Part shown: piece after piece, positions 62,573 through 64,000 of the stretch
Layout of the letters: the number at the start of each line of letters is the position of its first letter
Position numbering within the stretch: position 1 is the stretch's first letter
Made by a program: the position numbers and the translations under genes
The notes under the pieces: model-generated
Database searches by the model: none
Seen by the model: only the letters and a program-made list of their open reading frames with translations
What the model was told of the DNA's origin: nothing
NCBI GenBank assembly: GCA_029856145.1
Contig: JAHQWK010000011.1
Coordinates: 32,001 to 96,000 of the forward strand
Source: Promethearchaeia archaeon
GTDB taxonomy: Archaea; Asgardarchaeota; Lokiarchaeia; Sigyniarchaeales; SOKP01
Direction: 5' to 3'
DNA: 64,000 nucleotides

Positions 62573-62866
62573 GTGATTAAAATAAAAGATAAAGAAAGAA
62601 TTAAAATTAAAGATTTAAATATCAAAGTGGCACAAAAAATGTACGATATGTATCGAAATAATCCAGATCAAAAATTTTATGAAAAAGAATTTAAACGACT
62701 ATTAAATGATGAATTAAAAATTGAATATAATGATCTTAATGCTTTAATGAAATATATGTTAGAAAAAGATTATATTATTTCTTCTCAGGATAGTATGGAA
62801 TCATCCAGTTATTTTTTAGTAACAGCAAATTTAATAGATTTCGTAGAAAATCTACCGTCTTTCTAA
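62573..62866 (+). CDS. Small hypothetical winged-helix-like protein
   Basis: LMKYMLEKDYI...YFLVTA pattern; start probably ATA 62582 behind AGGTGA. Confidence 0.5.
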   Translation: MIKIKDKERIKIKDLNIKVAQKMYDMYRNNPDQKFYEKEFKRLLNDELKIEYNDLNALMKYMLEKDYIISSQDSMESSSYFLVTANLIDFVENLPSF

Positions 62867-63132
62867 GATGGGTATGACTCAAGCTGACATAGGAGAAATG
62901 TTTAAATGATTCAATTCAGTACGATATTATTGTTTGATATTAATTTTGCTGGTCTCTAAATAGGTTAAATATTTGGAGATTAACCTTTTTCTAATTTCAG
63001 CGTCCATAATTAAATATTATATATAATTAATCATATTTAAAAATTATTATATGGCAGTCGATAATTTTTCAATAATTATTACAATGCTTTTAATTTTTAT
63101 AAAAAATTGTAAAGTTTAAGAGGATATTAAAT

Positions 63133-63699
63133 TTGGTGTTTTTTTATTGGTTTATTTGGATTGTTGGGATATTGATTTGCTTACTTGTTTATTTTCTATA
63201 CAAATTCAAAAAAATAGATAAATATTTTTGGTATTTATTTTGGTTTAGTTTTATTTTAGGTCTATGTTGGGAACTTCCATTGTCAATAGCAAATGAGATT
63301 AGTAATTTTCCCCCCGCAAGATTTATAATTCCAACTCCATTACCGGCACCTGTTTCAACTATTTTAATAATATTAACTCATAGTTTATGGGATGGAGGTT
63401 TATTCCTTTTAGGTGTTTGGTTTATACGATTAATATGTAAGAACCCAATTTTTGAGAAATTTAAACTAGGTGAATTCACTATATTGATTATTTATGGGCA
63501 AGTATCTGAATTGATTGTGGAGTTAACAAGTACCTTTAGTAATGCTTGGGAATATATCGTCTATTTGTGGAATCCCCTATTGTTCACTTTTAACGGACAT
63601 AATATTACATTATTGCCTCAATTAATTTGGTTAGCTGCTCCGATTGTTTTTTATTTTATCGCTCTCAAATTTAAATCAAGATATTTAATCTTGGAATAA
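63133..63699 (+). CDS. Hypothetical membrane protein
   Basis: About 5 TM helices; WELP and HSLWDGG motifs. Confidence 0.6.
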   Translation: MVFFYWFIWIVGILICLLVYFLYKFKKIDKYFWYLFWFSFILGLCWELPLSIANEISNFPPARFIIPTPLPAPVSTILIILTHSLWDGGLFLLGVWFIRLICKNPIFEKFKLGEFTILIIYGQVSELIVELTSTFSNAWEYIVYLWNPLLFTFNGHNITLLPQLIWLAAPIVFYFIALKFKSRYLILE

Positions 63700-63782
63700 T
63701 TAGTTTTTGACCAAAATTATTTTAGAACTGAACCTCTTATTTTTTCATGTAAAAAGAGTTTTTTAAATCTATGAATACTAAC

Positions 63783-64000
63783 ATGAAAATACACCCTGAA
63801 TTGCTTGCTCCTTGTCAAGATTGGAATTCATTAAAGATTGTAAGTGGACTAGCAGATGCTATATATTTTGGATTACAAAATTATAACATGCGAATAAAAG
63901 CTAGAAATTTTGACCGTAAAGATTTAAATAAAGTTGCTGAGTTTTGTCATAATCAAGACCCCCCAATGAAAGCATATTTAACCACAAATATTTTAATATA
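63783..64000 (+). CDS. Peptidase U32 family protein (TrhP/RlhA-like), 3'-truncated by the window
   Basis: Not in the ORF track. Translates MKIHPELLAPCQDWNSLKIVSGLADAIYFGLQNYNMRIKARNF...AYLTTN, the U32 N-terminal signature. Confidence 0.85.
   Translation, partial: MKIHPELLAPCQDWNSLKIVSGLADAIYFGLQNYNMRIKARNFDRKDLNKVAEFCHNQDPPMKAYLTTNILI

Noticed and set aside
1-64000. Prophage, transposon or defence island
   Set aside because: No integrase, transposase, capsid, terminal repeats or clustered defence genes were recognised. The MTase and ARPP-1-like genes are isolated.

Overview
An AT-rich, gene-dense chromosomal window that looks like an Asgard archaeon (Lokiarchaeia/Promethearchaeia). The assignment is inferred from a Rab-like small GTPase, a one-domain gelsolin, several longin-like proteins, IPGF/ISGY-type C-terminal sorting signals, IorAB and archaeal AGGTGA Shine-Dalgarno motifs. 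It holds about 67 CDSs, mostly scattered metabolic, redox and membrane genes: acyl-CoA dehydrogenase, ZIP transporter, TatD, MsrA/MsrB, Rieske oxygenase, nitroreductases, penicillin acylase-like Ntn hydrolase, sphingosine-1-phosphate-lyase-like enzyme, IorAB, OCD/AlaDH, orphan N6-adenine DNA methyltransferase, Csp, RNase J-like nuclease and MFS transporters. I found no rRNA, tRNA, CRISPR array or intact mobile element. The best candidate for an undescribed system is a family sharing a longin-like + winged-helix cytoplasmic module. It comprises two tandem single-pass receptor-like proteins (56271-61071), a soluble paralogue with an N-terminal Cys4 motif and TPR/MIT-like tail (35153-36526) and a stand-alone longin-like protein (20209-20592), with a Rab-like GTPase elsewhere in the window. 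Other highlights are probable ATA/ATT start codons behind Shine-Dalgarno motifs, an EPEPEPVY tandem-repeat protein, a gelsolin/Zn-ribbon divergent pair, an HTH + ARPP-1-like operon, an amidase/SPL-like lipid-catabolic cluster and several gene remnants. All family assignments come from motif recognition by eye; no database searches were run.
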